A DNA stretch of 64,000 bases from an uncultured virus (IMG/VR IMGVR_UViG_3300035670_000158) (taxonomy: Duplodnaviria > Heunggongvirae > Uroviricota > Caudoviricetes): positions 1 through 64,000 of the IMG/VR virus record IMGVR_UViG_3300035670_000158; one strand, written 5' to 3'. This document shows, piece by piece, positions 51,730 through 60,493 of this stretch. Numbering within the stretch: the first letter of the stretch is position 1; every line of letters starts with the position of its first letter. The position numbers and the translations under genes are program-made. Below the pieces are notes generated by a model. It saw nothing but the letters and a program-made list of their open reading frames with translations, was not told where the DNA came from and searched no databases.

Positions 51730-52687
51730 TGCAAAATATATTGGACTGCTCTCTTCACGACTGGATAAGTTCAAGAAAGTAAAGAATAACTTATACAATT
51801 TTAGATGTCCAATTTGTGGTGATTCGAAAAGGAATAAGAACAAAACACGGGGATATATTTACGCAGTAAAGGCAAATACAAACTTCAAGTGTCATAACTG
51901 TGGATCTTCCATGTCTTTCAATACTTTTTTGAAGAAACTTGATGTTACTTTACACAAACAGTATGCTTTAGAAAAATTTAAGGAAGGATTTACTGGTAAG
52001 AATTTTGTAGTCGAAGAACCAAAATTTGTTTACACTAAACCAGTATTTCGCAAAAAAGTAAATTTGCCCAAAGCATCAGAGGTAGAAGTCGCAAAAAAGT
52101 ATCTTGAGGCACGAAAGATCGATGCCTCAAAATTTTACTATGCCGAAAAATTTAAGACTTGGGTAAATACGATAAAACCTACGTTTGAGTTTACCCAACA
52201 TTATGATATTGGACGGATTGTGATTCCTATATTTTACAATCAAAGTTTAGTTGGATTACAGGGAAGAAGTATAGAACCAAATCCTGTTAAATATATCACT
52301 ATAATGTTTGACGATGATGCACCAAAAATCTATGGACTCGATGGGATTCAAAAAGACAAGACTGTTTACGTTACAGAAGGACCATTTGACAGCACGTTCA
52401 TTTGCAATGCGATTGCTATGTGCGGAGCTGACGGTGATGTTGGTAAGTGGGGTATTAGCAATCCTGTTTGGGTATACGATAACGAACCACGTAATACAGA
52501 AATCGTATCAAGAATTTCCCGTGTTATCGAAATGGGACAAAAAGTTGTCATCTGGCCTTCATCAATAACTGAAAAAGATATAAATGATATGGTGATGGCT
52601 GGACATAATGTTCAGACTCTGATAGAATCAAATACCTATTCTGGTCTAGAAGCAACTCTCAAATTTAACCTTTGGAAGAAGATATGA
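51716..52687 (+). CDS. gp61: DNA primase gp61
   Basis: RCPICGDS...CHNC zinc finger, EGPFDS, DNEPRN, KDINDM motifs. Confidence 0.95.
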   Translation: MDHIDAKYIGLLSSRLDKFKKVKNNLYNFRCPICGDSKRNKNKTRGYIYAVKANTNFKCHNCGSSMSFNTFLKKLDVTLHKQYALEKFKEGFTGKNFVVEEPKFVYTKPVFRKKVNLPKASEVEVAKKYLEARKIDASKFYYAEKFKTWVNTIKPTFEFTQHYDIGRIVIPIFYNQSLVGLQGRSIEPNPVKYITIMFDDDAPKIYGLDGIQKDKTVYVTEGPFDSTFICNAIAMCGADGDVGKWGISNPVWVYDNEPRNTEIVSRISRVIEMGQKVVIWPSSITEKDINDMVMAGHNVQTLIESNTYSGLEATLKFNLWKKI

Positions 52688-54981
52688 GCAACGGTATCAA
52701 AGTTACAAAACGAGATGGAAGAATCGAATCAATTGATTTGAACAAGATGCATCTCATGGTTGAGGAGGCGTGTAGAGGTCTTGCAGGAGTCTCTGCATCT
52801 CAAGTAGAAATGCAATCAGGCATTCAGTTTTATGATGGCATTACTACATCGGAGGTGCAAGAAATTCTTATTCGTAGTGCTTCTGACTTGATTGATCTTG
52901 ATCATCCAAATTATCAATATGTTGCTGCAAGGTTGCTTTTGTTCTCTCTTCGTAAGGGTCTATATGGTAGAACCAGAGAACTGCCTACGTTGAATGAGCA
53001 TATTACAAAACTTGCATATCAGGGATTGTATGATAAAGAAGTTTTCCAGAAGTATTCTTCTGAAGAGATTGATCGTGCTGATTCGTTCATCGATCACGAT
53101 CGTGATTTTATGTTCACTTATGCTGGTTTACGTCAAGTTGTTGACAAATATTTGGTGCAGGACAGATCATCTGGGGCAGTTTATGAAACACCTCAATTTA
53201 TGTACATGATGATTGCCTTGACAATCTTTCAAGAGTATCCAAAAGAAACCCGTCTTTCTTACGTAAAAAGGTACTACGATGCAATCTCAAGACACAGAAT
53301 CAACATTCCTACGCCAATCATGGCAGGTGTTAGAACCCCACTTCGCCAATTTGCAAGTTGCGTTCTTGTTGATGTTGATGACACCCTTGATAGCATCTTC
53401 AGCTCTGATATGGCAATTGGTCGCTATGTTGCTCAAAGAGCAGGAATTGGTATCAACGCAGGTCGTATCAGGGGCATCAATGCTAAAATCAGAGGCGGAG
53501 AAGTTCAGCATACGGGTATTATCCCATTCCTCAAAAAGTTTGAGGCAACTGTTAGATGCTGTACACAAAACGGGATTCGCGGTGGAAGTGCTACTGTCCA
53601 CTTTCCAATCTGGCACCAAGAAATAGAAGACATCATTGTATTAAAAAACAACAAAGGAACTGAAGATAACCGTGTTCGTAAGTTAGACTACTCTATCCAA
53701 ATCAGCAAACTGTTCTATGAACGATTCATTCAAGACGGAGAAATCTCACTCTTCTCTCCTCACGACGTTCCTGGTCTGTATGATGCTTTTGGCACTGATC
53801 GATTTGACGATCTATATGTGGGTTATGAACGAGATACAACTATTCCAAGAAAGACTGTTAGAGCACAGGGACTCATTCTGGATCTTCTGAAAGAACGTGC
53901 TGAAACTGGTCGTATTTACATTATGAATATTGACCATTGCAATTCGCACTCTTCTTTTAAAGATAAAGTGAACATGAGTAATCTTTGTCAAGAGATCACT
54001 CTTCCAACTGACCCTCTTCAGCACATTGATGATAGTATGGGTGAGATTGCCTTGTGTATTCTCTCCGCTATCAATGTTGGCAAAGTGAAATCTGATGAAG
54101 AACTTGCCGATCTTTGCGATCTTTCTGTTCGTTCTCTTGATGAGTTGATTGACTATCAAGAATACCCTGTAAAGGCAGCAGAGATTGCCACCAAGGCACG
54201 TCGTTCCCTTGGTGTAGGATTTATTGGTCTAGCTCATTATTTGGCAAAACTTGGTTACAAATATGAGTCTCAAGAAGCATGGGATGCAATTCATAAGTTG
54301 TCTGAAAGCTTCCAGTACTATCTTCTGGTAGCTTCAAACCAACTTGCGAAAGAAAAAGGACATTGCGAATACTTTGGTCGTACTAAGTACTCTGATGGTA
54401 TTTTGCCTATTGATACATACAAAAAAGATGTAGACGAAATTAGTAACCCAGAGTATCAACATGATTGGGAAACACTTAGAGCATCTATCCTGGAACACGG
54501 TCTTAGGCACTCAACACTGTCCGCACAGATGCCATCGGAGAGCAGTTCCGTTGTGTCAAATGCAACTAATGGAATCGAGCCACCTAGAGACTACTTGTCC
54601 GTTAAAAAATCAAAGAAGGGCCCTCTCAAACAAATCGTTCCTGGGTATCACAACCTCAAAAACAACTATACTCTTCTTTGGGACATGCCTGACAACAGTG
54701 GGTATATTAATATTGTTGCTGTGATGCAGAAGTTTTTTGACCAATCAATTTCTGGAAATTGGTCCTACAATCCAGAGCATTATCCAGATAGTGAAGTTCC
54801 AACTTCAGTTATGGCAAAAGACCTTTTGACTACATATAAGTACGGTTGGAAGACCTCTTACTATCAAAATACAAATGATCAGAAAACCGATGAAGTAGAG
54901 GACAAATCTGTTAAACTAGAAGCACTGATGTCCGAACTAGAAAACGTCAACGAAGGGGAGTGTGAGTCTTGTGCAGTATAA
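52684..54981 (+). CDS. nrdA: Class I ribonucleotide reductase alpha subunit
   Basis: ATP cone VTKRDG, PTPIMAG, SNLCQEI, C-terminal CESC. Confidence 0.97.
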   Translation: MSNGIKVTKRDGRIESIDLNKMHLMVEEACRGLAGVSASQVEMQSGIQFYDGITTSEVQEILIRSASDLIDLDHPNYQYVAARLLLFSLRKGLYGRTRELPTLNEHITKLAYQGLYDKEVFQKYSSEEIDRADSFIDHDRDFMFTYAGLRQVVDKYLVQDRSSGAVYETPQFMYMMIALTIFQEYPKETRLSYVKRYYDAISRHRINIPTPIMAGVRTPLRQFASCVLVDVDDTLDSIFSSDMAIGRYVAQRAGIGINAGRIRGINAKIRGGEVQHTGIIPFLKKFEATVRCCTQNGIRGGSATVHFPIWHQEIEDIIVLKNNKGTEDNRVRKLDYSIQISKLFYERFIQDGEISLFSPHDVPGLYDAFGTDRFDDLYVGYERDTTIPRKTVRAQGLILDLLKERAETGRIYIMNIDHCNSHSSFKDKVNMSNLCQEITLPTDPLQHIDDSMGEIALCILSAINVGKVKSDEELADLCDLSVRSLDELIDYQEYPVKAAEIATKARRSLGVGFIGLAHYLAKLGYKYESQEAWDAIHKLSESFQYYLLVASNQLAKEKGHCEYFGRTKYSDGILPIDTYKKDVDEISNPEYQHDWETLRASILEHGLRHSTLSAQMPSESSSVVSNATNGIEPPRDYLSVKKSKKGPLKQIVPGYHNLKNNYTLLWDMPDNSGYINIVAVMQKFFDQSISGNWSYNPEHYPDSEVPTSVMAKDLLTTYKYGWKTSYYQNTNDQKTDEVEDKSVKLEALMSELENVNEGECESCAV

Positions 54982-55567
54982 AGACTTATTTTTGGGAGTG
55001 CGACAGTACGACTGTGATTTGAGCGAAGATGATTGTGCGAATATTATAGAAATTAGTAAGAGTGCAATAAGAGATCCTTACATGCCAGGATTTCAGTTCT
55101 CTATATTTGGCACTCCTGGTGTTAAAAGTTTAGGACCAACTAAACATAAAGGAGTTGATCATCCAAGTGTACATAGAGTTCGTGAGTCTTTTGTTAAGTG
55201 TTGTAAAAATTATTTTAAAACTGATTATAATAACTATGAATGTTCTGGTTGGTTTTACTTAGATTGGAAAGATTTCCCTAATAAAGAGTTATACTGGCAT
55301 CGACATTCTGATACTCCAAATTATACATTGTCTGCTGTTTTATATTTAACTCTACCAAAAAATTCTACAACAACTGGATTTTCAAAAAATCCAAGAATTA
55401 TATATGATACTGGTGATGGTTCTACTATTGAAAATAGTGATATACTTCGTCTTCCTAAATTAACTCATAAATGGTTTGTTTATCCATCAACTTTGCCACA
55501 TGTCCCTGGTATCTCTGGGACAAATGAAATGCGTATTTGTATAGCATCAGATTTTTGGTTTACATAG
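54962..55567 (+). CDS. 2OG-Fe(II) oxygenase-like protein
   Basis: WHRH, SAVLYL, YPSTLPH, RICIASD. Confidence 0.55.
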   Translation: MSLVQYKDLFLGVRQYDCDLSEDDCANIIEISKSAIRDPYMPGFQFSIFGTPGVKSLGPTKHKGVDHPSVHRVRESFVKCCKNYFKTDYNNYECSGWFYLDWKDFPNKELYWHRHSDTPNYTLSAVLYLTLPKNSTTTGFSKNPRIIYDTGDGSTIENSDILRLPKLTHKWFVYPSTLPHVPGISGTNEMRICIASDFWFT

Positions 55568-55577
55568 GAGAAAAAGA

Positions 55578-56756
55578 GTGCAGTTTAAACTAAACACAAA
55601 AGGAGAATCCAAAATGGTTGATGGTATTACCGTTTTCAACCAAAAACAAGTAAATACTAAAAAACAACCAATGTTTTTTGGACAACCACTAGGAATACAA
55701 CGATACGATTCTTACAAATACCCAATCTTCGATAAACTTACAACTCAACAACTTGGATATTTTTGGAGACCTGAAGAGGTTTCTCTTCAAAAAGATCGTG
55801 CCGATTATCAAACTCTTAGATCAGAACAAAAACATATCTTTACATCAAACCTGAAATATCAAGTTATGCTTGATAGCGTTCAGGGTAGAGGTCCTGGTAT
55901 GGCGTTTATTCCATATTGTTCATTGCCCGAATTAGAGGCAGCAATGACGGTATGGGAGTTTATGGAAATGATTCATTCTCGTTCATATACTTACATCATC
56001 AAGAATGTTTATGCAAATCCCAGTGAGGTTTTTGATAAAATTTTGACTGATGATCGCATTTTAGAACGTGCGGAAAGTGTGACGGAATCCTATAATGACT
56101 TCATCAATGAGGCACATCTTTATGACTCTTCAAATGCTTGGATTCATGCAAATGAGGGTGTCGATTCCGCACGATTCACTAAGTTTGAACTCAAACGCAA
56201 ACTATTCAGGGCAATTGCCAATGTGAATGTATTAGAAGGTATAAGATTTTATGTGTCATTTGCATGTTCTTTTGCCTTTGGTGAACTCAAACTCATGGAA
56301 GGATCTGCTAAAATTATATCCCTTATCGCCAGGGATGAAAACCAACATCTAGTTCTCACTCAAAATATTATTAATAAGTGGGCAGAGGGTGATGACCCTG
56401 AAATGAAGCAGATCTTTGAAGAAGAACAAGAGTGGTTGTATGCTCTATTTGATCGTGCCGTAAACGAAGAAAAACGTTGGGCACAATACTTGTTCAAAGA
56501 TGGTAGTATGATTGGGTTGAACGACAAACTTCTACATCAATACGTTGAATGGATTGCAAACCGCCGCCTCAAGGCAATTGGTCTAAAACCAAAGTATGAT
56601 ATTGCTGCAAAGAATAATCCACTTCCTTGGACACAGCATTGGATTTCTTCAAAAGGACTCCAAGTTGCCCCTCAAGAAACAGAAGTGGAATCATATATTG
56701 TAGGTGGTATCAAACAAGATGTTACAAAAAACACCTTTACAGGATTTCAACTATAG
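55578..56756 (+). CDS. nrdB: Class I ribonucleotide reductase beta subunit
   Basis: FWRPEEV, EMIHSRSY, EGIRFY, RDENQH, VAPQETE motifs. Confidence 0.97.
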   Translation: MQFKLNTKGESKMVDGITVFNQKQVNTKKQPMFFGQPLGIQRYDSYKYPIFDKLTTQQLGYFWRPEEVSLQKDRADYQTLRSEQKHIFTSNLKYQVMLDSVQGRGPGMAFIPYCSLPELEAAMTVWEFMEMIHSRSYTYIIKNVYANPSEVFDKILTDDRILERAESVTESYNDFINEAHLYDSSNAWIHANEGVDSARFTKFELKRKLFRAIANVNVLEGIRFYVSFACSFAFGELKLMEGSAKIISLIARDENQHLVLTQNIINKWAEGDDPEMKQIFEEEQEWLYALFDRAVNEEKRWAQYLFKDGSMIGLNDKLLHQYVEWIANRRLKAIGLKPKYDIAAKNNPLPWTQHWISSKGLQVAPQETEVESYIVGGIKQDVTKNTFTGFQL

Positions 56757-56763
56757 GAGAATC

Positions 56764-56940
56764 ATGTTAATCGAAAATGCATCAAAAGACATCTGGACTG
56801 AAGTGTACCTTTCATGGAAAGGTGCTACTTTATCTGAAAAACAAATTCAACTTCTAACAGAAGGACCTAAGTCTCTAACAGATGCTTGGGCTCTTGGTGC
56901 AATGCACAACGAATACAAGAAACATTTTGTTCGAGAGTGA
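56764..56940 (+). CDS. Hypothetical protein
   Basis: AGGAG SD; LLTEGPKSLTDAW. Confidence 0.55.
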   Translation: MLIENASKDIWTEVYLSWKGATLSEKQIQLLTEGPKSLTDAWALGAMHNEYKKHFVRE

Positions 56941-56943
56941 TCA

Positions 56944-57099
56944 ATGCCTAGAAATTTTCTTTCAAAACAGGAGATGAAAATTAGGGTTCTAAAATTAAAA
57001 AATAGTTTATACGAAGAACACAGATCTGAGCATGATAAAGAACTTGCCCACAAGTACTTGAATCAGGTTCTTGACATTCTTGAAGAATATAGAGAGTAA
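56944..57099 (+). CDS. 51-aa hypothetical protein (not in ORF track)
   Basis: MPRNFLSKQEMKIRVLKLKNSL...AHKYLNQVLDILEEYRE. Confidence 0.55.
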   Translation: MPRNFLSKQEMKIRVLKLKNSLYEEHRSEHDKELAHKYLNQVLDILEEYRE

Positions 57100-57130
57100 A
57101 TAAATACCTCCATCTTGGAGGTATTTTATT

Positions 57131-57478
57131 ATGCGCCCACAATCAGCAAAAGCAAAAGGTCGCCGCCTTCAGCAGTGGGTAAGAGATAAACTGGTAGAGT
57201 GTCTTCATATTCATCCAGAAGACATTGAGTCTCGTAGCATGGGAGCAGGCGGTGAAGACCTTATTATGGCTAGAGCAGCCAGGTCAAAGTTTCCCCATAG
57301 TATTGAATGTAAGAATGTTGAAAAACTAAATATCTGGGATGCCTATGAGCAAGCATCTGCCAACTGTGGTGATTACGAACCTATCGTTGTGATGAAAAAG
57401 AACGGAAAGAAACCATTGGTTGTAGTGGACGCAGAGTATTACATTCAACTATTCGGAGACAAAGATGGCACGAATTGA
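57131..57478 (+). CDS. PD-(D/E)xK nuclease, putative Holliday junction resolvase
   Basis: KAKGRRLQ, GEDL, SIECKN motifs. Confidence 0.7.
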   Translation: MRPQSAKAKGRRLQQWVRDKLVECLHIHPEDIESRSMGAGGEDLIMARAARSKFPHSIECKNVEKLNIWDAYEQASANCGDYEPIVVMKKNGKKPLVVVDAEYYIQLFGDKDGTN

Positions 57479-58169
57479 TCTTCATAACTTTTTTAAACAT
57501 TACGACGAAAACAATCCAAAGCATGTAGAAGCTGTTAGATATTTTGAGGATGCTCTTAATAAAAAAGCACCAGAAGAAATGGAAGATTCTTCTGGGTGGG
57601 TTGTGACATATAGAAGTCAACCAAACAAACCAAAATCAAATATTCTTGATGTGCCTTTCTTTCCACAGACAGACAATTATAGAGATGCTAATCGCACCTG
57701 TAATTCATCTGCCTGTGCCATGGTGTTAGAATACTTCAAACCAGGCACACTCAAAGGAGCAAAAGGCGACGACGCTTATGTTCAAAAAGTCTTTTCAATC
57801 GGGGATACCACAGATCACTTGGTTCAAACTCGTGCTCTTGCGTCTTATGGAATTAAGTCAAGTTTCAGTTATTCCCTTACTTTTGCTGATCTTGATAGAG
57901 AGCTTGCCGCTGGCAGACCTGTTGTTATTGGCATTCTTCATAGGGGCACTCTATCTAATCCGACAGGAGGACATATGTTAGTTGTCATTGGCAAAACGCC
58001 ATCAGGTGATTACATTGTTAACGACCCCTATGGTAGTCTCAATGACGGTTACACCAGTGCCGTAAGCAACGGTAAGGGTGCAGTGTATAAGCGTAGTGTG
58101 TTGGCACGTAGATGGTGCCCAGCTGGCAATGATGGATGGGGTAGAATCTTTGATGCAAAAAAGGCGTAA
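57465..58169 (+). CDS. C39-like peptidase (putative cell-wall hydrolase)
   Basis: VPFFPQTDN, RTCNSSACAM (Cys), GGHMLVV (His), VNDPYG (Asp). Confidence 0.8.
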   Translation: MARIDLHNFFKHYDENNPKHVEAVRYFEDALNKKAPEEMEDSSGWVVTYRSQPNKPKSNILDVPFFPQTDNYRDANRTCNSSACAMVLEYFKPGTLKGAKGDDAYVQKVFSIGDTTDHLVQTRALASYGIKSSFSYSLTFADLDRELAAGRPVVIGILHRGTLSNPTGGHMLVVIGKTPSGDYIVNDPYGSLNDGYTSAVSNGKGAVYKRSVLARRWCPAGNDGWGRIFDAKKA

Positions 58170-58645
58170 GCTCCACTCTTGACGGTATTCCCGTAAAGGG
58201 ACTGGAGCTGATCAAAGAGTTTGAAGGATGCCATCTTTCAGCATACCCAGACCCATTTACAGGAAATCTTCCCATCACCATAGGTTGGGGAAGCACCAGA
58301 GACTTCAACGGCAAACCATTCAAACTTGGTGATAAGATTTCACAAAAGGTTGCTGATGATTTGCTCATCAGTCAAATCAAGCGGGAGTTTATTCCTGCCC
58401 TGTCTAAGATACCTTACTGGAGTGAAATGAATGACAATCAACGAGGAGCACTTTTATCATTTGCTTACAATCTCGGTGCTCGCTTTTACAATTCAAGCAA
58501 TTTCAATACTATTTCTCGCAATTTGCGTGAGAAAAATTGGGCAGCAATCCCAAAAACATTAGAGATGTATCGCAATCCTGGTAGCAGTGTAGAGGCAGGA
58601 TTGCTCAGAAGAAGAAAGGCAGAGGGTAAACTTTGGATAAGTTAA
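58154..58645 (+). CDS. GH24 phage lysozyme domain in the -1 frame, with no ATG before its catalytic motif; probably expressed by frameshift
   Basis: Frame opens after TGA at 58151: ...GLELIKEFEGCHLSAYPDP...ITIGWGST...ALLSFAYNLG...GLLRRRKAE. Confidence 0.85.
   Translation, partial: CKKGVSSTLDGIPVKGLELIKEFEGCHLSAYPDPFTGNLPITIGWGSTRDFNGKPFKLGDKISQKVADDLLISQIKREFIPALSKIPYWSEMNDNQRGALLSFAYNLGARFYNSSNFNTISRNLREKNWAAIPKTLEMYRNPGSSVEAGLLRRRKAEGKLWIS
58157..58209 (+). other. Programmed -1 ribosomal frameshift signal
   Basis: A-AAA-AAG heptamer, 5-nt spacer, 16-bp hairpin at 58169-58209. Confidence 0.8.
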
Positions 58646-58887
58646 TCATCCATCTTTGCTTTTAGTCCAAGTAGAGCAGTAAACAAAGTAAATAACGCAT
58701 TATATCCTCTACTCTCAGACTCTTTGCAGTCTAAGGGTGGAGGATTTACTAATCCACCTAAAGCATCTGCTCTTTCCATGGAACCTGGAACCATAAAATT
58801 GCAGTTTGCAAAAGTAATACCAACGTATCCTAGTGTTCCTATTACAAGAGTGACAATGAGTTTATCAAGTAGCTTTAGATTTTTCAT
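58642..58887 (-). CDS. Small protein with two hydrophobic segments, on the minus strand
   Basis: 81 aa; minus-strand ATAAATA at 58909-58915; stop overlaps the lysozyme stop. Confidence 0.6.
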   Translation of the reverse strand: MKNLKLLDKLIVTLVIGTLGYVGITFANCNFMVPGSMERADALGGLVNPPPLDCKESESRGYNALFTLFTALLGLKAKMDD

Positions 58888-58927
58888 CTTGCTTCTTGCT
58901 GACAGGTCTATTTATTTGGAGGGGGTC

Positions 58928-58957
58928 TTGACAAACCCCTAAATACTCACTTATAAT
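58928..58957 (+). promoter_or_regulatory. Sigma70 promoter with an embedded late-promoter-like CTAAATA
   Basis: TTGACA-18 nt-TATAAT. Confidence 0.7.
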
Positions 58958-58989
58958 GAATTTTCGTCATTAGTCCTTGACGTGTCTTA

Positions 58990-59052
58990 GAGCCGTGGGA
59001 TCTGCCCTCTGAGAAGAGGGAAGTGCGCTTTTCCTATACGGATGTAGAGTTC
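58990..59052 (+). ncRNA. Candidate structured 5' leader of the rlpA-like gene
   Basis: CCGTGGGA/TCCTATACGG stem enclosing a CCCTCT-GAGA-AGAGGG GNRA hairpin. Confidence 0.45.
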
Positions 59053-59063
59053 AATCGAATTTA

Positions 59064-59426
59064 ATGCTTTTCAAATCACTTTCAATTCTCGCCATTGCCG
59101 CTGCAGGACTAGCACCCCTTCAGGCAAAGGCAGCGAGCGGATGTTCCCTCGCATCACATTATGGAGTCGGTGATGGATATCATGGGCAGACAACTGCAAA
59201 TGGTGAAAGATATAACGCTTATGGAAAATCAGTAGCACATAAATGGCTTCCTTTTGGAACCAGATTGAGAGTTACAAATCAACGAAATGGTAAGTCAGTA
59301 ATTGTGCGTGTAAATGATCGCGGTCCCTACGTTGGTGGGAGAGACCTTGACTTGTCTTATGGTGCGTTCTCTTCTATTGCTCACCCAGGTCAAGGCGTTA
59401 CTAGCGTCTGTTATTCAAGGGTCTAA
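59064..59426 (+). CDS. rlpA: RlpA-like (DPBB) lytic transglycosylase with signal peptide
   Basis: ASHYG, TANGE, AHKWLPFGT, VRVNDRGPY, LDLS motifs. Confidence 0.9.
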   Translation: MLFKSLSILAIAAAGLAPLQAKAASGCSLASHYGVGDGYHGQTTANGERYNAYGKSVAHKWLPFGTRLRVTNQRNGKSVIVRVNDRGPYVGGRDLDLSYGAFSSIAHPGQGVTSVCYSRV

Positions 59427-59442
59427 TTGAATACTAAATATT

Positions 59443-59470
59443 GGGGAGTGCTGCAGACCTCCCCTTTTTT
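59443..59470 (+). terminator. Intrinsic terminator
   Basis: GGGGAG...CTCCCC followed by T6. Confidence 0.65.
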
Positions 59471-59881
59471 ATGTTTAATTTCGGAAAGAAAAAACCCGAT
59501 ATAAAACAATACGCAATTGTAGGAGTCGTATTATCTTCTATTATTGCAGTTCTTTCGCAGTGTACCGGAATTCATGAGAACAATCTTTGGGATTTGTTTG
59601 ATGAGATTCAAAGAAAGTATTTTCCACAAACTATGTTGAATGAGTTTATACTTAAAGATCCTGATAAACTGAATCGTAGAATTCAAAGAGATGTTGATAA
59701 AGCAATCAATAATGTAACACCAGAGTATGATCGGATTATTTCCGATTATACCCGAAAATATCAACCAAAATATGTGGAAGAACAAAATGACGAGACTGTG
59801 TGCTATACTAATGAATGTAAATCGTTAGCACCTCCCATGAGAATCTGTGCTCCTTGGGTTGACACCTGCCCTAAGGACTGA
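59471..59881 (+). CDS. Membrane-anchored hypothetical protein
   Basis: N-terminal hydrophobic helix ending LSQC; Cys-rich C-terminus. Confidence 0.6.
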   Translation: MFNFGKKKPDIKQYAIVGVVLSSIIAVLSQCTGIHENNLWDLFDEIQRKYFPQTMLNEFILKDPDKLNRRIQRDVDKAINNVTPEYDRIISDYTRKYQPKYVEEQNDETVCYTNECKSLAPPMRICAPWVDTCPKD

Positions 59882-59898
59882 TATAATAGGTGAGTTGA

Positions 59899-59970
59899 GG
59901 GCTCATAGTTAAATGGATATAACCCGATCCTTCTAAGATTGTGTTCTTGGTTCGATTCCAAGTGAGCCTG
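59899..59970 (+). tRNA. tRNA-Arg(TCT)
   Basis: GGGCTCA/TGAGCCT acceptor, anticodon loop CTTCTAA, TTCGATT T-loop; CCA not encoded. Confidence 0.88.
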
Positions 59971-59972
59971 TT

Positions 59973-60055
59973 GCTTCAGTGGTGGAACGGTAGACACAGC
60001 GGACTTAGAATCCGCCGCCCTAAAAAGCGTGGAAGTTCAAATCTTCTCTGGAGCA
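59973..60055 (+). tRNA. tRNA-Leu(TAG)
   Basis: GCTTCAG/CTGGAGC acceptor, GCGGA-CTTAGAA-TCCGC, long variable arm. Confidence 0.92.
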
Positions 60056-60056
60056 C

Positions 60057-60085
60057 TTGACAATCAAACCTAAATGGTTTATGAT
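60057..60085 (+). promoter_or_regulatory. Sigma70 promoter within an inverted repeat
   Basis: TTGACA-17 nt-TATGAT. Confidence 0.7.
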
Positions 60086-60139
60086 TGTCTTATATCAAAA
60101 GGTATGATATAATAAATAAATATATTATACCTTAAGATT

Positions 60140-60493
60140 ATGCCATATAAAAACAAAGAGGACTATAAAAACTGGGAAAAGAGATATCGTAACGAATATT
60201 ATCAAAGACCAGAAACAAAACAAAGATTGTCAGAGCAATCTAAGTTGCGTAGAGAACGAAATAAAAGTTTTGTTCTAGATAAAATGATTCCTTGTATTGT
60301 ATGTGGTGAGAGTGACCCTATTGTTATTGATTTTCACCATTTAGATGAATCTCAAAAAGATAAAGGAATTTCTCAAATGATGCAAAGTAATTATTCTTTG
60401 CAAAAAATACAAGAAGAACTTGACAAATGTGTTTGTTTATGTTCTAATTGTCATAGGAGAGTTCACGCAGGAACTCTTACTTTGCGGGTATAG
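60140..60493 (+). CDS. HNH endonuclease (putative homing endonuclease)
   Basis: CIVCG, DFHHLD, LCSNCHRRVH motifs. Confidence 0.85.
   Translation: MPYKNKEDYKNWEKRYRNEYYQRPETKQRLSEQSKLRRERNKSFVLDKMIPCIVCGESDPIVIDFHHLDESQKDKGISQMMQSNYSLQKIQEELDKCVCLCSNCHRRVHAGTLTLRV

Noticed and set aside
40030..56756. Introns or inteins in gp43, gp41, nrdA or nrdB
   Set aside because: The ORFs are continuous and of normal length with no visible splicing motifs
58361..58645. 94-aa ORF as a stand-alone lysozyme
   Set aside because: The TTG start lies downstream of the catalytic E/D/T region; the domain begins near 58160 in the same frame
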